From IMG/VR virus record IMGVR_UViG_3300047274_000223: 64,000 nt of DNA; one strand, given 5' to 3'. Positions 63,666-64,000 of the stretch are shown piece after piece. A program made the position numbers and the translations under genes. The notes beneath the pieces are model-generated. The model was not told the origin of the DNA. It ran no database searches and saw only the letters and a list, made by a program, of their open reading frames with translations. Within the stretch, counting starts at the first letter, position 1, and the number at the start of each line of letters is the position of its first letter. This stretch comes from a virus.

Positions 63666-64000
63666 ACGATTATAATGACTTCAGTTTATATCAACTGGAC
63701 ACTAGTAAAATAGATCTTGATGATTTAATTTACTATGTTAAAGTCTCCCGAGATAAGTTTAATCACCTGTATGGTGGGATGGAACATGCAACTAAGTATT
63801 ATTACTTGTATAATTTTTTCACTATTGCTTCTTGCAATTCAAATGTGTACATGCTATACTTGGAAGTAGTGAAGGCAGTTAAAAATTTCTTTCAATTGCA
63901 TAATATTTCCTCTGATAGTGTATGGCTTCAGACATGGATGAATATCCACAAAGAAACTGAGGTTTTAAAATCACACTCGCATGATTACCCTATCCATGGA
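63662..64000 (+). CDS. 3'-partial 2OG-Fe(II) oxygenase-like protein
   Basis: Hand-translated MNDYNDFSLYQL...QTWMNIHKETEVLKSHSHDYPIHG; runs off the window. Confidence 0.6.
   Translation, partial: MNDYNDFSLYQLDTSKIDLDDLIYYVKVSRDKFNHLYGGMEHATKYYYLYNFFTIASCNSNVYMLYLEVVKAVKNFFQLHNISSDSVWLQTWMNIHKETEVLKSHSHDYPIHG

Overview
64 kb segment of a T4-like cyanomyovirus (Kyanoviridae-like) genome; no CRISPR array, rRNA or transposon is visible. In order: basic/acidic putative internal head proteins; primase and nrdAB; a two-domain endolysin; an early-promoter region with small ORFs, tRNAs and several structured RNA elements; a photosynthesis/redox island (hli x2, petF, peroxiredoxin, intron-less psbA, no psbD in the window); a 1148-aa Gly-rich protein and an outer-membrane beta-barrel; the T4 core block rnh-thyX-phoH-exonuclease-gp33-gp59-gp32; a baseplate/tail block (gp53, gp48, gp4, gp54-like, gp26/gp51, two tandem tape-measure-like proteins with wall-hydrolase domains, hub protein, gp5) interleaved with cp12, cpeT, speD and tRNAs; tail-fibre/virion genes; and a flavin-dependent halogenase followed by 2OG-Fe(II) oxygenase-like genes. 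Ten tRNAs were read by hand. Best lead: a T_TTT_TTC slippery site at the end of gp26 with an open -1 frame running through the gp51-like ORF just upstream of the tape-measure genes, which mirrors the lambda G/GT tail-chaperone frameshift. All family assignments come from motif recognition by eye, not database searches.
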